A DNA stretch of 64,000 bases, from NCBI GenBank assembly GCA_011523835.1, contig WTFZ01000194.1, positions 134 through 64,133 on the forward strand, read 5' to 3'. A program made the translations under genes and the position numbers. Positions 9,589 through 19,966 of this stretch are shown one piece after another; the first letter of the stretch is position 1; each line of letters begins with the position of its first letter. This stretch comes from Synechococcus sp. CO36386bin_29. Lineage in GTDB: Bacteria > Cyanobacteriota > Cyanobacteriia > PCC-6307 > Cyanobiaceae. The notes beneath the pieces are model-generated. The model had not been told where the DNA came from. It did not search any database and saw nothing but the letters and a program-made list of their open reading frames with translations.

Positions 9589-10683
9589 TCAAGACGGAAG
9601 CTGTGGATACCCGAAGCCGAGGGATTGCCGGATCGACTGCATCAGGGTGCTCAACAGCAGAAGCCCCAGGATCACCAGGCCCCCGAGCCCGAGGCGGCTC
9701 CATTGCCATCGATGCAACTGCAGATGGTTCACCTCTCCAGGGGTAAGGGGCCATACGATCCGGTTCTCTTGGAGCTGCGCAGGGATCGGCATGCCGCTCA
9801 CGTGGCGAAGGTCGGTGCCTGGGCCCACGGTGACCGAAAGGGAATCGCGGGGCAGCGAGTTCATTCCAGTCAGGTCCAGATTCAGGATCAGGTTCTGCTG
9901 CACGCCGACCAGCCAGTTCCGTTCCTGCAAGCTGAACTCCGGTGGTGGGAGAGAAAGTCCAGCGGTGCGTCCAGCTCTTGACACTGTGTCGGCCATCAAA
10001 CCCGCGGCCTTGTCAGCATTGAGGGGCCCTGTTGTGAGCTTGAGCGCACCATCTCGCAGGGTGGTTTCAGTCCAGTTCGGGGTCAGATCGCTCACAGCGT
10101 CTCGGAAATTGCTTTGCCAGGGCAGCGTGCGGCCACTGAGGCTGTTGATCTGCCAGGTCATTTCAATCCGGTCCGGGCCCACCAGATCCAGGTCTGCCTG
10201 GATCTGGACGCAGCCTCCGAGGAGAAGGGTGAGACCGATCAGCACCACGATCACGACAGAGGCAAACCCTGCGGATGGGCCTCGTGTCGGCCCCGTCGGC
10301 GGCGGCGGCGGCGGGGCCGGTTGCCGACGTCGACGTCGGCTGATGTGTGGCCGCTGACCTGTACGCGGCGCCATGTCCAAGGTGGGAAGTTGCATCGACC
10401 AGCGCGCAGGCCGTTCCAGGCTTGGAGCTTCCAGAACGTTCAACAGCTGTCTGGCCCGGATGCGAAGTTCAGGGTCTTTGCAGCGGGTGAGAAGCCTGCA
10501 GGTGGTGATGGCTCGTTGTTCTTCTCCCTGTCCCATCCAAGCGGTCACCATCAGCATGCGGATCAACGCGCCTTCGGATTCGCTGATGGGGTGGGTGGAT
10601 GCCAGCGGTTCCAGAAGACGAAGACACTGGCCATAGTCACCGCGATCCAGTGCCTGCTGTGCTTCTGCCAGGCCGATGGTCAT
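9589..10683 (-). CDS. DUF3153-like membrane protein with N-terminal TPR-like region
   Basis: Helical repeat N-terminus, Arg/Pro-rich linker, TM segment ending LLLGGC, C-terminal TM; cotranscribed with argB as in cyanobacteria. Confidence 0.7.
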   Translation of the reverse strand: MTIGLAEAQQALDRGDYGQCLRLLEPLASTHPISESEGALIRMLMVTAWMGQGEEQRAITTCRLLTRCKDPELRIRARQLLNVLEAPSLERPARWSMQLPTLDMAPRTGQRPHISRRRRRQPAPPPPPPTGPTRGPSAGFASVVIVVLIGLTLLLGGCVQIQADLDLVGPDRIEMTWQINSLSGRTLPWQSNFRDAVSDLTPNWTETTLRDGALKLTTGPLNADKAAGLMADTVSRAGRTAGLSLPPPEFSLQERNWLVGVQQNLILNLDLTGMNSLPRDSLSVTVGPGTDLRHVSGMPIPAQLQENRIVWPLTPGEVNHLQLHRWQWSRLGLGGLVILGLLLLSTLMQSIRQSLGFGYPQLPS

Positions 10684-10686
10684 TGT

Positions 10687-11568
10687 TCAGCTGCGACCCA
10701 CCACCATGGTGCCGATTCCCGCATCGGTGAACACTTCAAGCAGCAAGGCATGGGGAACCCTGCCATCCACGATGTGCGCGGCGGAGACGCCCTGGGCGAG
10801 AGCGCGGATGCAGCATTCGGTTTTCGGGGTCATGCCACCGGCCACAATGCCTTCCGCGATCAGTTTCCTGGCTTCCGACAGTTTGAGTTGCCGGATCAGC
10901 GACTCCGGTGACTCACGATCTCTGAGGATGCCCGGGGTATCGGTGAGCAGAATCAATTTTTCTGCCTGAAGAGCCGCAGCCAGTTCGCCAGCCACGGTGT
11001 CAGCGTTGATGTTGTGAGCGATTCCCTCAGTGTTGGCGGCAACACTGGAAATCACGGGTACATAGCCCCGATCCAGAAGGGGCTCGAGCACATCCGGGTT
11101 GACGCGGGCCACATCTCCGACCAATCCGTGGCTGCCATCGCCCCAGGAGCGTGCTTCCACAAGGCTTCCGTCGCTTCCACTCAGGCCGACAGCACGGGCT
11201 CCGAGGCGATTGAGTCCATTCACAATCTGTTTGTTGACCCGGCCCACGAGAACCATCTCCACCACGTCCATCGTCGATGGATCTGTCACCCGCAGGCCCT
11301 CGCGGAATTCAGGTGCGATGTCCAGTCGCTTCAACCAATGGTTGATTTCAGGGCCTCCGCCGTGAACAACAACCGGCTGCACACCCACGCTGCTGAGCAG
11401 AGCGAGGTCTCTGAACACAGCGGCCTGTAGTTCGGTATGGGCCATGGCTGCGCCGCCGTATTTCACAACGATCCGTCGCCCGGCGAATCTCTGGATATAC
11501 GGGAGGGCTTCGCTCAGGACGGAAACCCTGAGGGCATCATCCATGGGTTCGTGATCAGGACTCTCCAT
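10687..11568 (-). CDS. argB: Acetylglutamate kinase
   Basis: [49 protein letters not shown]. Confidence 0.97.
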   Translation of the reverse strand: MESPDHEPMDDALRVSVLSEALPYIQRFAGRRIVVKYGGAAMAHTELQAAVFRDLALLSSVGVQPVVVHGGGPEINHWLKRLDIAPEFREGLRVTDPSTMDVVEMVLVGRVNKQIVNGLNRLGARAVGLSGSDGSLVEARSWGDGSHGLVGDVARVNPDVLEPLLDRGYVPVISSVAANTEGIAHNINADTVAGELAAALQAEKLILLTDTPGILRDRESPESLIRQLKLSEARKLIAEGIVAGGMTPKTECCIRALAQGVSAAHIVDGRVPHALLLEVFTDAGIGTMVVGRS

Positions 11569-12121
11569 GCTCTCCTGCCGAGGAGTCGCCAGCCGGCAGA
11601 AGGATTAGATCAAGGTTGTCTCCGTCCAGTGGTGTGATGGTTGCCGTGAGACCTTTGGCGAAGAACCTGCCGAGGCGTTCCCTGCGTTCCTGCCAGCGCT
11701 CGAGGGGAACTGCCTCGCAGGCGAAGCGCATGCGCAGGCCATAACCCGACGCGTCATCGAGTTCCTCGATTTCGAGCAGTTGGGGAGGACGATCCTCATC
11801 CCAGAGTTTCAAGGCCTCGAGGGAGCTCTCCAGATGGGCCTTTTGTCCGTATCTCCAGCGCGTGACATCGCCGAGAAGTTTTCCGAGTTCAGGTGCAGCG
11901 GCCGCCCTTTTCTCCTGGAGCACATCCTTGGGAACGACCCGCTTGGCGGGAGGCAGTTCTGACGACTTCAAGGCCAGTCCTCCAAGCAGGATCGGGATTC
12001 CATAGAAAATCGTCGGGAGGCTGAGGTTGGCATTGCCGGTGCCGTAGGCCACAGCACCGACCACCGTGAGGACCCCTCCGGCAACCGTGACCAAACTCCC
12101 CGGTGAAAGCAGATCCTTCAT
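11555..12121 (-). CDS. DUF2854 family thylakoid-associated protein
   Basis: Two N-terminal TMs ending [30 protein letters not shown]; typical position upstream of argB. Confidence 0.8.
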   Translation of the reverse strand: MKDLLSPGSLVTVAGGVLTVVGAVAYGTGNANLSLPTIFYGIPILLGGLALKSSELPPAKRVVPKDVLQEKRAAAAPELGKLLGDVTRWRYGQKAHLESSLEALKLWDEDRPPQLLEIEELDDASGYGLRMRFACEAVPLERWQERRERLGRFFAKGLTATITPLDGDNLDLILLPAGDSSAGEHGES

Positions 12122-12200
12122 TCGCTCTCGATCAAGCTTTCGACAGTGGCGACATTCTGCCGGCGTGGGAGCCAGGATGGGCTGATCACCGACGACCTCG

Positions 12201-12410
12201 ATGGAGAGCAGCACACCTCGGAACATCCCGACGCCCCCGGTTGAGGGGGTGTCGGAACTGATCCAACAGCTCGAGCAGGACAGGGCCTGGCTGCTTGAGC
12301 AGATCGATCGTGGGCGTTGGCCCGACTTCCGGTTGGATCTGGCCGCACTGGAACGCGAACTCGGTCAGCTGCTACGCAGAGCAGCGGAGCAGCGATCAAC
12401 CGATCCTTAA
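12201..12410 (+). CDS. Small conserved hypothetical protein
   Basis: LEQDRAWLLEQIDRGRWPDFRLDLAALERELGQLL helical hairpin; fills the gap between neighbours. Confidence 0.65.
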   Translation: MESSTPRNIPTPPVEGVSELIQQLEQDRAWLLEQIDRGRWPDFRLDLAALERELGQLLRRAAEQRSTDP

Positions 12411-12875
12411 TCAGAAGGGAATGTCGTCGGTGTCAGGCACCAGCGGAGCGCTGTTCCATTGCGCGGCCGGTTCTGGCGCGGGTGGTTGGGACGCTGCAGG
12501 CCGAGGCGTTGCCGCTTGGGGTGCGGGCTGGGCCCGCGGAGTTGATGGTGCAGCCTGCATTCCAGCCGGAGTGGCGCCCACGGCATGCAGGCGCGACAAG
12601 GTGAATTCGGCCCGCTTCTCTTTGGTGCCGTCCTGCCTAGGAACCGTGTTCATGCGAAGCCTGCCTTCGATGACCAGTCTCTGGCCCACCTGCACGCGGT
12701 TCTGGAGGTCCTGAGCGAGATTGCCCCAACCCACAACTTTCAGTTGCCCGCGGGGATCATCCGGACGAAGAGCATCGAAGCCCACGTCCATTTCCGCGAT
12801 CGGAGTCTGATTGTCCTGGGTGTAACGGAGGGTGGGAGCCTGGAGCACATCCACTTCCAGAACGCAGTGGTTCAT
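12411..12875 (-). CDS. ssb: Single-stranded DNA-binding protein (cyanobacterial type with acidic tail)
   Basis: P.LRYT, VVGWGNLA, G.RLVIEGRL OB-fold; Pro/Ala linker; C-terminal DDIPF. Confidence 0.88.
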   Translation of the reverse strand: MNHCVLEVDVLQAPTLRYTQDNQTPIAEMDVGFDALRPDDPRGQLKVVGWGNLAQDLQNRVQVGQRLVIEGRLRMNTVPRQDGTKEKRAEFTLSRLHAVGATPAGMQAAPSTPRAQPAPQAATPRPAASQPPAPEPAAQWNSAPLVPDTDDIPF

Positions 12876-12889
12876 CCTCGATCGATGCG

Positions 12890-13699
12890 GTGAGCGCCAT
12901 CCTGATGCACCGACGAACGAATCGCCAGAGTCATGTTCTCGTGTTCGCAGGGACCGGTGAGGGCCCTGCACTGGTTGCGGCCCTCGCTGATGCGGACTGG
13001 AGTGTCAGCGTCAGCGTGGTCACGGAATCGGCAGCCCAGGTGTACCGGTTCGCAGATCTAAAAGATCTGCATGTTGGTGCGTTCCGCTCTCTGGAGGATC
13101 TCGGAGACCACTGTCTGATCCATGCGGTTGATGCGGTGGTGGATGCCACCCATCCCTTTGCACTCAAGATCAGTGCTCAGCTGCATCAGATGTGCAGGAT
13201 TTACGCCCTACCTCTGGTGCGGTTTGAACGTCCGGGATGGACCGGCCCCCAGACGTCTTTGCTCAGCGGGGTGGAGGAGTTCTCCCAACAGTCCCTGCAG
13301 GGGCACAGGGTGCTGCTGGCTTTAGGCGCCAGGCATCTGGCAGCGGCCACGCAGGCCGGCCGGGCTGCCGGTGCCACCGTGAAAGCCCGGGTTTTGCCCA
13401 CCCCAGCCGCGATCCGGCTTGCAGGTGCGGCGGGGCTCTCCGGCGAGGATCTGGCGGTGCTGCGACCGCTGGGCGGCGTGCGCCCAGGAGCCGTTGAGGC
13501 TGCTCTCTGTCGCCACTGGGCCATCACCGATGTGCTTTGCAGGCAGTCGGGAGGTTCGGCCGATGCGCTCTGGAACGATCTGGCTGAGACGCTTGGATTC
13601 CATCTGTGGAAATTGAAGCGTCCTTCTCCCCCCGACACGGTCCCTGTGGTTCAGAGCTCGCAAGAACTCGTCGCCCTTCTGGATGGTCTGTTGATCTAG
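12890..13699 (+). CDS. cobK: Precorrin-6A/cobalt-precorrin-6A reductase
   Basis: VFAGTGEG, VVDATHPFA..IS, RFERP, ARVLP, RQSGG, LKRP. Confidence 0.9.
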   Translation: MSAILMHRRTNRQSHVLVFAGTGEGPALVAALADADWSVSVSVVTESAAQVYRFADLKDLHVGAFRSLEDLGDHCLIHAVDAVVDATHPFALKISAQLHQMCRIYALPLVRFERPGWTGPQTSLLSGVEEFSQQSLQGHRVLLALGARHLAAATQAGRAAGATVKARVLPTPAAIRLAGAAGLSGEDLAVLRPLGGVRPGAVEAALCRHWAITDVLCRQSGGSADALWNDLAETLGFHLWKLKRPSPPDTVPVVQSSQELVALLDGLLI

Positions 13700-14709
13700 T
13701 TCAAGTGCTTGGCGACCAAGTCCTTGAGCGACTCCTGGGACCGGGGCCCGAGCTGGGTCACCACCTGTCCTGCACAGATGGAGCCGATCTGCCCACAGGT
13801 CTCCAAGGCAAGTCCCTGGGTGTAGCCATGCAGGAAGCCGCCGGCATAGAGGTCGCCAGCGCCTGTGGTGTCGACCAGATCTCCAAGTGCATAGGAAGGA
13901 ATGTCCCAGCGCTGGTCACCACTGAGCACCACAGACCCTTGCTCGCCGCGGGTTAGCGCGGCCACACTGCAGCACCCTTTCACCTGCGCGAGTGCGGCGT
14001 CGAAGTCATCGGTGCTGTACAGCGATGTGATTTCACTGTCATTGGCGAACAGCACATCCACATGGCCGTTCACCAGCTCGAGGAAGCTGTCGCGATGCCG
14101 GTCGACGCAGAAGCCATCGGACAGGGACAGGGCAACCTGGCCGCCCTCGCTCTTGCAGGCTTGTGCAGCAGCGATGAAGGCACGCTTTGCCGCAGGGCTG
14201 TCCCAGAGGTACCCCTCGAGGTAAAGCACCTTGGTTTGCTTCACCATCGACAGATCCAGGTCATCCGGCTCCAACTGCGTGGAGGCGCCGAGGAATGTGC
14301 ACATGGTGCGTTCGGCATCGGGGGTGACGTAGATCAGGCAGCGTGCTGTGGTCGCCCCGCTGGTGGCTGCTGGCGTGTCAAACCGGGCTCCCACGGCGCG
14401 GATGTCATGGCTGAAGATCGATCCGAGCTGGTCATCCCGCACCCGTCCGATGAAACCGACCTGGCCACCGAGCTGGGCGATGCCCACCATCGTGTTGGCC
14501 ACCGAGCCTCCGGAGGTCTCCAGCCCAGGGCCACTGGCGCTGTAAAGCGCTTCTGCCTGCTGCTCATCAATCAGGGCCATGCCGCCTTTCTGAAGGCCCT
14601 GCTGCTGAAGAAACGCATCATCGGTTTGCACGAGCACATCAACGATGGCGTTGCCGATCCCTACCACGTCAAACGTGGCGGAGGGTTTGGCGAATCGTGA
14701 TGGACTCAT
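13696..14709 (-). CDS. PfkB-family carbohydrate/adenosine kinase
   Basis: GIGNAIVD, GGSVANT, ERTM.T.LGAS, EGYLWD, DTTGAGDLYAGGFL. Confidence 0.92.
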   Translation of the reverse strand: MSPSRFAKPSATFDVVGIGNAIVDVLVQTDDAFLQQQGLQKGGMALIDEQQAEALYSASGPGLETSGGSVANTMVGIAQLGGQVGFIGRVRDDQLGSIFSHDIRAVGARFDTPAATSGATTARCLIYVTPDAERTMCTFLGASTQLEPDDLDLSMVKQTKVLYLEGYLWDSPAAKRAFIAAAQACKSEGGQVALSLSDGFCVDRHRDSFLELVNGHVDVLFANDSEITSLYSTDDFDAALAQVKGCCSVAALTRGEQGSVVLSGDQRWDIPSYALGDLVDTTGAGDLYAGGFLHGYTQGLALETCGQIGSICAGQVVTQLGPRSQESLKDLVAKHLN

Positions 14710-14779
14710 GGGGGCAGTACGTGTGAACTCGGGAAGTCTCGCTCTTCGTGGCCCCGGCATTGCTGAGCGCTTCAGCTGA

Positions 14780-16093
14780 TCAAGCGCTGAGCAGTGCGCG
14801 TTTCGGTCCGTGGATCGGATCCTCCACAACGATGGTCTGATCGCGGCTGGCCCCGAGGGACACGATGGCGATGGGCACTTCCATCAGGTCGGCGAGAAAG
14901 CGGAGATATGCCATGGCTTTCTCAGGCAGATCCTCCAGGCGACGGCAGTCTGCGGTGGAACATTGCCACCCCGGCAGGGTTTCGTAGATCGGCTTGCAGC
15001 GGGCGAAAGCCTCAGAGCAACTCGGGAAGTGTTCGATGCGTTCTCCGTCGAGTTCGTAGGCGACGCAAACCTGGAGGGCATCGATCTCATCGAGGACATC
15101 CAGCTTGGTGACTGCCAGGCAATCAAGGCCGTTGACTTCGACGGCGTAGCGTCCGATAACACCATCGAACCAGCCGCAACGACGACGACGCCCCGTGGTG
15201 GTGCCGAATTCGCCGCCACGGTCGCAGAGATGATCGTTGAGACTGCCGTCCAGTTCGGTCGGGAATGGACCCTCTCCCACTCGGGTGGTGTAAGCCTTGG
15301 CGACGCCGATCACGCGGTCGATCAGGGTCGGTCCGACGCCTGCACCGATGCAGGCCCCTCCTGACACCGGATTGGATGAGGTGACGTAGGGATAGGTGCC
15401 GTGGTCAAGGTCGAGGAGCGTCCCTTGAGCACCCTCGAAAAGAATGTTCTTCCTGTTGCGGGCGGCTCCATGGATTGCCCGTGTGCAGTCCACCACATGG
15501 GGTGCCAACCGCTGGCCGTACTCGAGGTATTCGGCAATCACCTCCTCGGCGTTGAGGGGATCCATCTGATAGATGGTTTGCAGGAGCTGATTCTTTTCCT
15601 GAAGCGGACCTTCAAGGCGATCCCTGAGCCGTTGTTCATCGAGCAGATCGATCACCCGGATGCCGCTTCTCTGCGATTTGTCGGCATAAGTCGGACCGAT
15701 GCCCCTGCCGGTGGTGCCGATTCTGCGCTCACCCCGTTGCCGTTCCATCGCCTGATCAAGCAGGCGGTGGTAAGGCATCGTGACGTGAGCTGTCGACGCG
15801 AGCTGAAGCCCAGAGATATCGATCCCGTTGTTGATGAGCATGTCGAGCTCACCGAGCATCACCCGAGGATCAACAACGGTGCCTGATCCGATCAGACAGA
15901 TCGTGTCCGGGTAGAGGATTCCTGAGGGAATCAGATGGAGCTTCAGCACCTGACCATCGACGACGATGGTGTGACCGGCATTGACGCCGCCCTGATAACG
16001 CACCACAACATCAGCGGAGCGACTCAGAAGATCGGTGATCTTTCCTTTTCCCTCGTCACCCCACTGAGCACCGATGACGACAACGTTGGCCAA
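14780..16093 (-). CDS. purA: Adenylosuccinate synthetase
   Basis: [52 protein letters not shown]; TTG start. Confidence 0.98.
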   Translation of the reverse strand: MANVVVIGAQWGDEGKGKITDLLSRSADVVVRYQGGVNAGHTIVVDGQVLKLHLIPSGILYPDTICLIGSGTVVDPRVMLGELDMLINNGIDISGLQLASTAHVTMPYHRLLDQAMERQRGERRIGTTGRGIGPTYADKSQRSGIRVIDLLDEQRLRDRLEGPLQEKNQLLQTIYQMDPLNAEEVIAEYLEYGQRLAPHVVDCTRAIHGAARNRKNILFEGAQGTLLDLDHGTYPYVTSSNPVSGGACIGAGVGPTLIDRVIGVAKAYTTRVGEGPFPTELDGSLNDHLCDRGGEFGTTTGRRRRCGWFDGVIGRYAVEVNGLDCLAVTKLDVLDEIDALQVCVAYELDGERIEHFPSCSEAFARCKPIYETLPGWQCSTADCRRLEDLPEKAMAYLRFLADLMEVPIAIVSLGASRDQTIVVEDPIHGPKRALLSA

Positions 16094-16205
16094 AGACTCG
16101 GCGGCCCGAAGCCGCGGTTCTGCACAATCCGTGATTATCTCAGACCTGCGTGCCCAAGGTCAAAGTTGAGTTGGAATCTGTGAGGTTGCAGGGCCAGTTG
16201 TCGTC

Positions 16206-16631
16206 TCAGGTTCCACGGAGAGCCGCTTTCTCCGCTTTGCTGAGTTCTTTCTCAACACGGGTTTTCAGGGCTTCCGGCACCGGACGATTGGTGTAGGTGT
16301 TGTAGTGACCCTGAAGGGAATTAAGGGCGGTCTGCATTGTGGTGAATGAGCTCAATCCATTCACCTGGGGTCTGGGGCGGTACCGGGACATGTAGTCGTT
16401 GATGAGGTCGTGGGCTTCCTGTTCGGATCCCTGTAGCCCCTCCGCGTCTGAGGGCAGCGCCAGGGCGTTCTGAAGTATGTGGACAACGGCAACGGTGTCT
16501 TCGACGTAATCCCCGGTGAGCAGCGAGGTGGTGCTGTCACCGCAGGCGGTGAGCAGGAGGGTGAGTCCGAGGCAGAGCGACAAGGTGAGGCTCGTGAGCT
16601 GTCGGCCCAGACGGGTCAGCGCGGCGTGCAT
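16206..16631 (-). CDS. psb27: Photosystem II assembly lipoprotein Psb27
   Basis: LTAC lipobox, LTGDYVEDT, INDYMSRYR, SFTTMQTALNSL.GHY, RPVP..LK.R. Confidence 0.94.
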   Translation of the reverse strand: MHAALTRLGRQLTSLTLSLCLGLTLLLTACGDSTTSLLTGDYVEDTVAVVHILQNALALPSDAEGLQGSEQEAHDLINDYMSRYRPRPQVNGLSSFTTMQTALNSLQGHYNTYTNRPVPEALKTRVEKELSKAEKAALRGT

Positions 16632-16675
16632 GGCTTGGAAGATTTGCGGAACTTTAATGGGGGTGAGATCCCGAA

Positions 16676-18460
16676 TCACAGGCGAGTGAAGATGGAGTCC
16701 TTCACTTTTTGGAGAGCCTCTTGATGGGGAATGGATGTGGAACTGCGTGTTGACCGCTCCACCACTTCAACCTTCCCTTCACCAGCGTCTCTTCCCACCA
16801 CGATTCTCCAGGGAATGCCGATGAGATCCGCATCCTTGAATTTCACACCGGCCCGTTCATCACGGTCGTCCAGCAAGGCATCGATGCCCGCGTCTAAGAA
16901 CGACTGGTAGAGACCTTCTCCCAGGGTGACCTGAGTGGAATCCTGCATTTTGGCGATCACCACGATCACCTGGAACGGGGCGATCCCCGCAGGCCAGGAG
17001 ATGCCGGCATCGTCGTGATGTTGTTCCACAGCTGCTTGGGCAAGCCTGGAGATGCCGATGCCATAGCAGCCCATGAGCAGTGCTTCCTGCTGCCCTGAGC
17101 TGTTGGTAAATCGAGCATCGAGGGCTTCCGAATATTTCCTTCCGAGTTGAAAGATATGCCCCACCTCAATCCCCCGGCACTCCGACAGAGTTTGGGAGGG
17201 ATCGTGCACACACTGATCGCCGGCCTGGGCTGTTCTCAGATCAGCTCTGATCTGCGCCGGCATGGCGTCCCATGTCCGTCCCCAGCAGTGTTGATCCTTG
17301 GTGTTGGCTCCACACACGAACCGTGGCAAATCGAGTGCTGTTGCATCGGCCAGTCGCAAGAAATGGCCTTGCCAGGAGCGGCATCCTTTCAGCATTGAGT
17401 CACTCAGATCAGGGCCGATGGACCCGAAAGGAAACTCTGGAAGATCCTGCTGGCAGAGCTGATTTTCGGAGATAGGCCTGATCTCCAGTACCGCGGCATC
17501 GAGCGAACGGCTCACCGCATTCGCCAGCTTCACATCATTCAGATCCTGATCTCCTCGCAGGCTGACCAGGATCGGCTGCTCGCGTCCGTCATCGAGGCGA
17601 GCGAGGAGCACGAGCACTTTGACGGTTTGGGAGGGCTCCAAGTCGTTGGCGGCACAGAGCTGTTCGATTGAGATCTGATTTGGCGTCTCGAGTATTCGTT
17701 CCGGACCGTCATCGAGCGGTTGGGCCGGAGCAGGCAACGACGAGGCTTTCTCCTGGTTTGCCGCATAGAGCCCATCGCTACTGGTGAGAATCAGATCCTC
17801 ACCGGCTGCGGCGGTCACCATGTATTCCTGAGAGGCTGCGCCTCCAATGGCGCCGCTGTCGGCGTCCACAGCCACGGCCTCGAGCCCACATCTCTGAAAA
17901 ATTCGCGCATAGGCAGCAGCCATTGCCTGATAGGTGCTTTCAAGGTCGTCCTGGCTGGCGTGGAACGAATAGGCATCCTTCATGATGAATTCCCTGCCAC
18001 GCATCAGACCGAAGCGGGGCCGGATTTCATCTCTGAATTTGGTCTGAATCTGATAAAGCGTGACCGGGAGCTGTCTGTAGGAGCGCAACAGGTCCCCGGC
18101 CAGTTCGGTGATCACCTCTTCATGGGTTGGCCCGAGGCCGATTTGACGGCCCTGGCGATCCTCCAGGTGGAACATGATTCCCTCTCCTTCGGTGTATCCC
18201 TGCCAGCGGCCGCTCTTCTCCCAAAGATCGGCAGGCTGGAGCTGTGGAAGAAGAGTTTCAAGAGCTCCAAGACTGTTTAGCTCATCGCGCACAATCGCAT
18301 TGATTTTGCGGAGCACCCTCCACATCATCGGCAAATAGGCATAGATCCCAGAACCGATTCGACGGATATATCCCCCTCGTACCAGTAATTGATGTGAGGG
18401 AATTTCTGCGTCAGCAGGGACGTCCCTCAGCGTCACCAGCATCAGGCAGGAGACGCGCAT
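16676..18460 (-). CDS. proS: Proline--tRNA ligase with editing (INS) domain
   Basis: SHQLLVRGGYI, LGPTHEE, KFRDEIRPRFGLMRGREF.MKDAYSF, GIEVGHIFQLG, MGCYGIG, GVKFKDADLIGIP. Confidence 0.98.
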   Translation of the reverse strand: MRVSCLMLVTLRDVPADAEIPSHQLLVRGGYIRRIGSGIYAYLPMMWRVLRKINAIVRDELNSLGALETLLPQLQPADLWEKSGRWQGYTEGEGIMFHLEDRQGRQIGLGPTHEEVITELAGDLLRSYRQLPVTLYQIQTKFRDEIRPRFGLMRGREFIMKDAYSFHASQDDLESTYQAMAAAYARIFQRCGLEAVAVDADSGAIGGAASQEYMVTAAAGEDLILTSSDGLYAANQEKASSLPAPAQPLDDGPERILETPNQISIEQLCAANDLEPSQTVKVLVLLARLDDGREQPILVSLRGDQDLNDVKLANAVSRSLDAAVLEIRPISENQLCQQDLPEFPFGSIGPDLSDSMLKGCRSWQGHFLRLADATALDLPRFVCGANTKDQHCWGRTWDAMPAQIRADLRTAQAGDQCVHDPSQTLSECRGIEVGHIFQLGRKYSEALDARFTNSSGQQEALLMGCYGIGISRLAQAAVEQHHDDAGISWPAGIAPFQVIVVIAKMQDSTQVTLGEGLYQSFLDAGIDALLDDRDERAGVKFKDADLIGIPWRIVVGRDAGEGKVEVVERSTRSSTSIPHQEALQKVKDSIFTRL

Positions 18461-18606
18461 GACATCCAAACAAAAGAACCTTGGAAAGTTATCACCGCTG
18501 ATAAAACGGTCGATCTGAGAAGTGTCCCTTTGGCTGTGATCGTTGCTGGTGTCACGAGTCTCAGCTGCTATCGTCTGCGAATTCCAAGCTGTCCAAGAGC
18601 CGTCTC

Positions 18607-19071
18607 ATGTTTCCTCGTCCGCTCGATGGTTCGGTTAATCCTGCGGCCGATTCAGCTGGGTTGAGTGGAGAGATTGGATCGGTTCTTTCTCAGTCTGATT
18701 CATTGGTAGGAATCGACGATGTTCAGAAATCGCTGAATCGTTCAAGAGCTTCTGTGTACCGATATACAAATACTGACCCTCGTAATCTCAATCCACCTTT
18801 TAACCCTCGAAAGCTAAATCCTGAATATCGAAGCGATCAGAAAGATCCCCTGATGTTCCATCCCAACGAGGTAGCTCGCTTTGCCAAGGATGTGCTGAGG
18901 ATCAAGGAGGTCACTGTTGAAGTGCTGAATTCGCCCTCGACGGCGACCCAACAGGTTCTCTCGGCGATTCTTGAGGAGCTGCGTCTCATCAGGTCTCGTC
19001 TTGACGGAATGCCCGAGGCACCATCTGATCTTGCGTCAAGACGTGACCGTCAGGACCGCCCCGCTGCGTAG
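18607..19071 (+). CDS. Conserved cyanobacterial protein with AlpA/excisionase-like HTH
   Basis: LVGIDDVQKSLNRSRASVYRY fits a wHTH recognition helix; C-terminal coiled-coil. Confidence 0.7.
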   Translation: MFPRPLDGSVNPAADSAGLSGEIGSVLSQSDSLVGIDDVQKSLNRSRASVYRYTNTDPRNLNPPFNPRKLNPEYRSDQKDPLMFHPNEVARFAKDVLRIKEVTVEVLNSPSTATQQVLSAILEELRLIRSRLDGMPEAPSDLASRRDRQDRPAA

Positions 19072-19191
19072 AGCGGTCGAAAGTGCCAGAATGTCATTGG
19101 TTAGGCGTCAGCCGTAGCCATTCCCGATCGAGGCTTTTGATTCCTCGATTCAGTCCCATGACTGTCCCGGGATGTCCCTGTATCCCACTGA

Positions 19192-19440
19192 ATGGATCCT
19201 GAGCCTGTAGTCGAGTTCCACCCGACATCGTCATCGTCGGTGTCCATCCCCATTCTTGTTCTCCTGGGATTCACGCTCGCTGTGGCCGGACTGGGTGTCC
19301 CGATGGCAGCGGTCCTGAGCGATCGACCATCTCCACAATTTCCTTCTGTCACGAAGAGCAATGGATCTCAGGGCTCTTTCCCCATCTCCCTCTCCAGGAC
19401 TGGTGAATCTCGTGGTGGAGATCCCAGCAGGGAGCCGTAA
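19192..19440 (+). CDS. Small hypothetical single-TM protein
   Basis: Hydrophobic [24 protein letters not shown] segment; 3' end overlaps the next gene by 80 nt. Confidence 0.45.
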   Translation: MDPEPVVEFHPTSSSSVSIPILVLLGFTLAVAGLGVPMAAVLSDRPSPQFPSVTKSNGSQGSFPISLSRTGESRGGDPSREP

Positions 19441-19873
19441 CAAGTACGAATATTTCGAGGATTGCGGTGTGATGGCTCTTGATCGAGTCCTTCACTCATC
19501 GGTGCGTTACCCCTTTGACTATGGATTCATTCCCAACACCCTCGCGGATGATGGATCTCCCCTCGATGCCATGGTGATCATGGAGGAGCCGACGTTCGCA
19601 GGCTGTCTGATCCAGGCCCGACCCATCGGTGTTCTCGATATGCACGACATGGGGCATTACGACGGCAAGATCCTGTGTGTGCCAGTTGCAGATCCCCGAC
19701 AAGCGAAAATTAAAAGTATTCATCAGATCGCTCCCAATCAATTGGAAGATGTTGCGGAGTTCTTCCGCACCTACAAAAACATGGAAGGGCGGGTGACAGA
19801 CATCGGTGGTTGGAGAGATTCGGAGGCTGTGGGCCCGCTGCTCAGAGCCTGCATCGAGGCGGCAGGGCGCTGA
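19361..19873 (+). CDS. ppa: Second family I inorganic pyrophosphatase (cyanobacterial type, degenerate active site)
   Basis: [43 protein letters not shown]; the DGDPLD motif reads DGSPLD. Confidence 0.88.
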   Translation: MDLRALSPSPSPGLVNLVVEIPAGSRNKYEYFEDCGVMALDRVLHSSVRYPFDYGFIPNTLADDGSPLDAMVIMEEPTFAGCLIQARPIGVLDMHDMGHYDGKILCVPVADPRQAKIKSIHQIAPNQLEDVAEFFRTYKNMEGRVTDIGGWRDSEAVGPLLRACIEAAGR

Positions 19874-19966
19874 CTTGAAGGTGACGTTCGAGCAAAGATT
19901 TGCCGTCGGCCCTCGCTAAGCACCCTGGTGCTTGTAAGTTGGTCTGCGCCAAGCCTGTGAACGACC

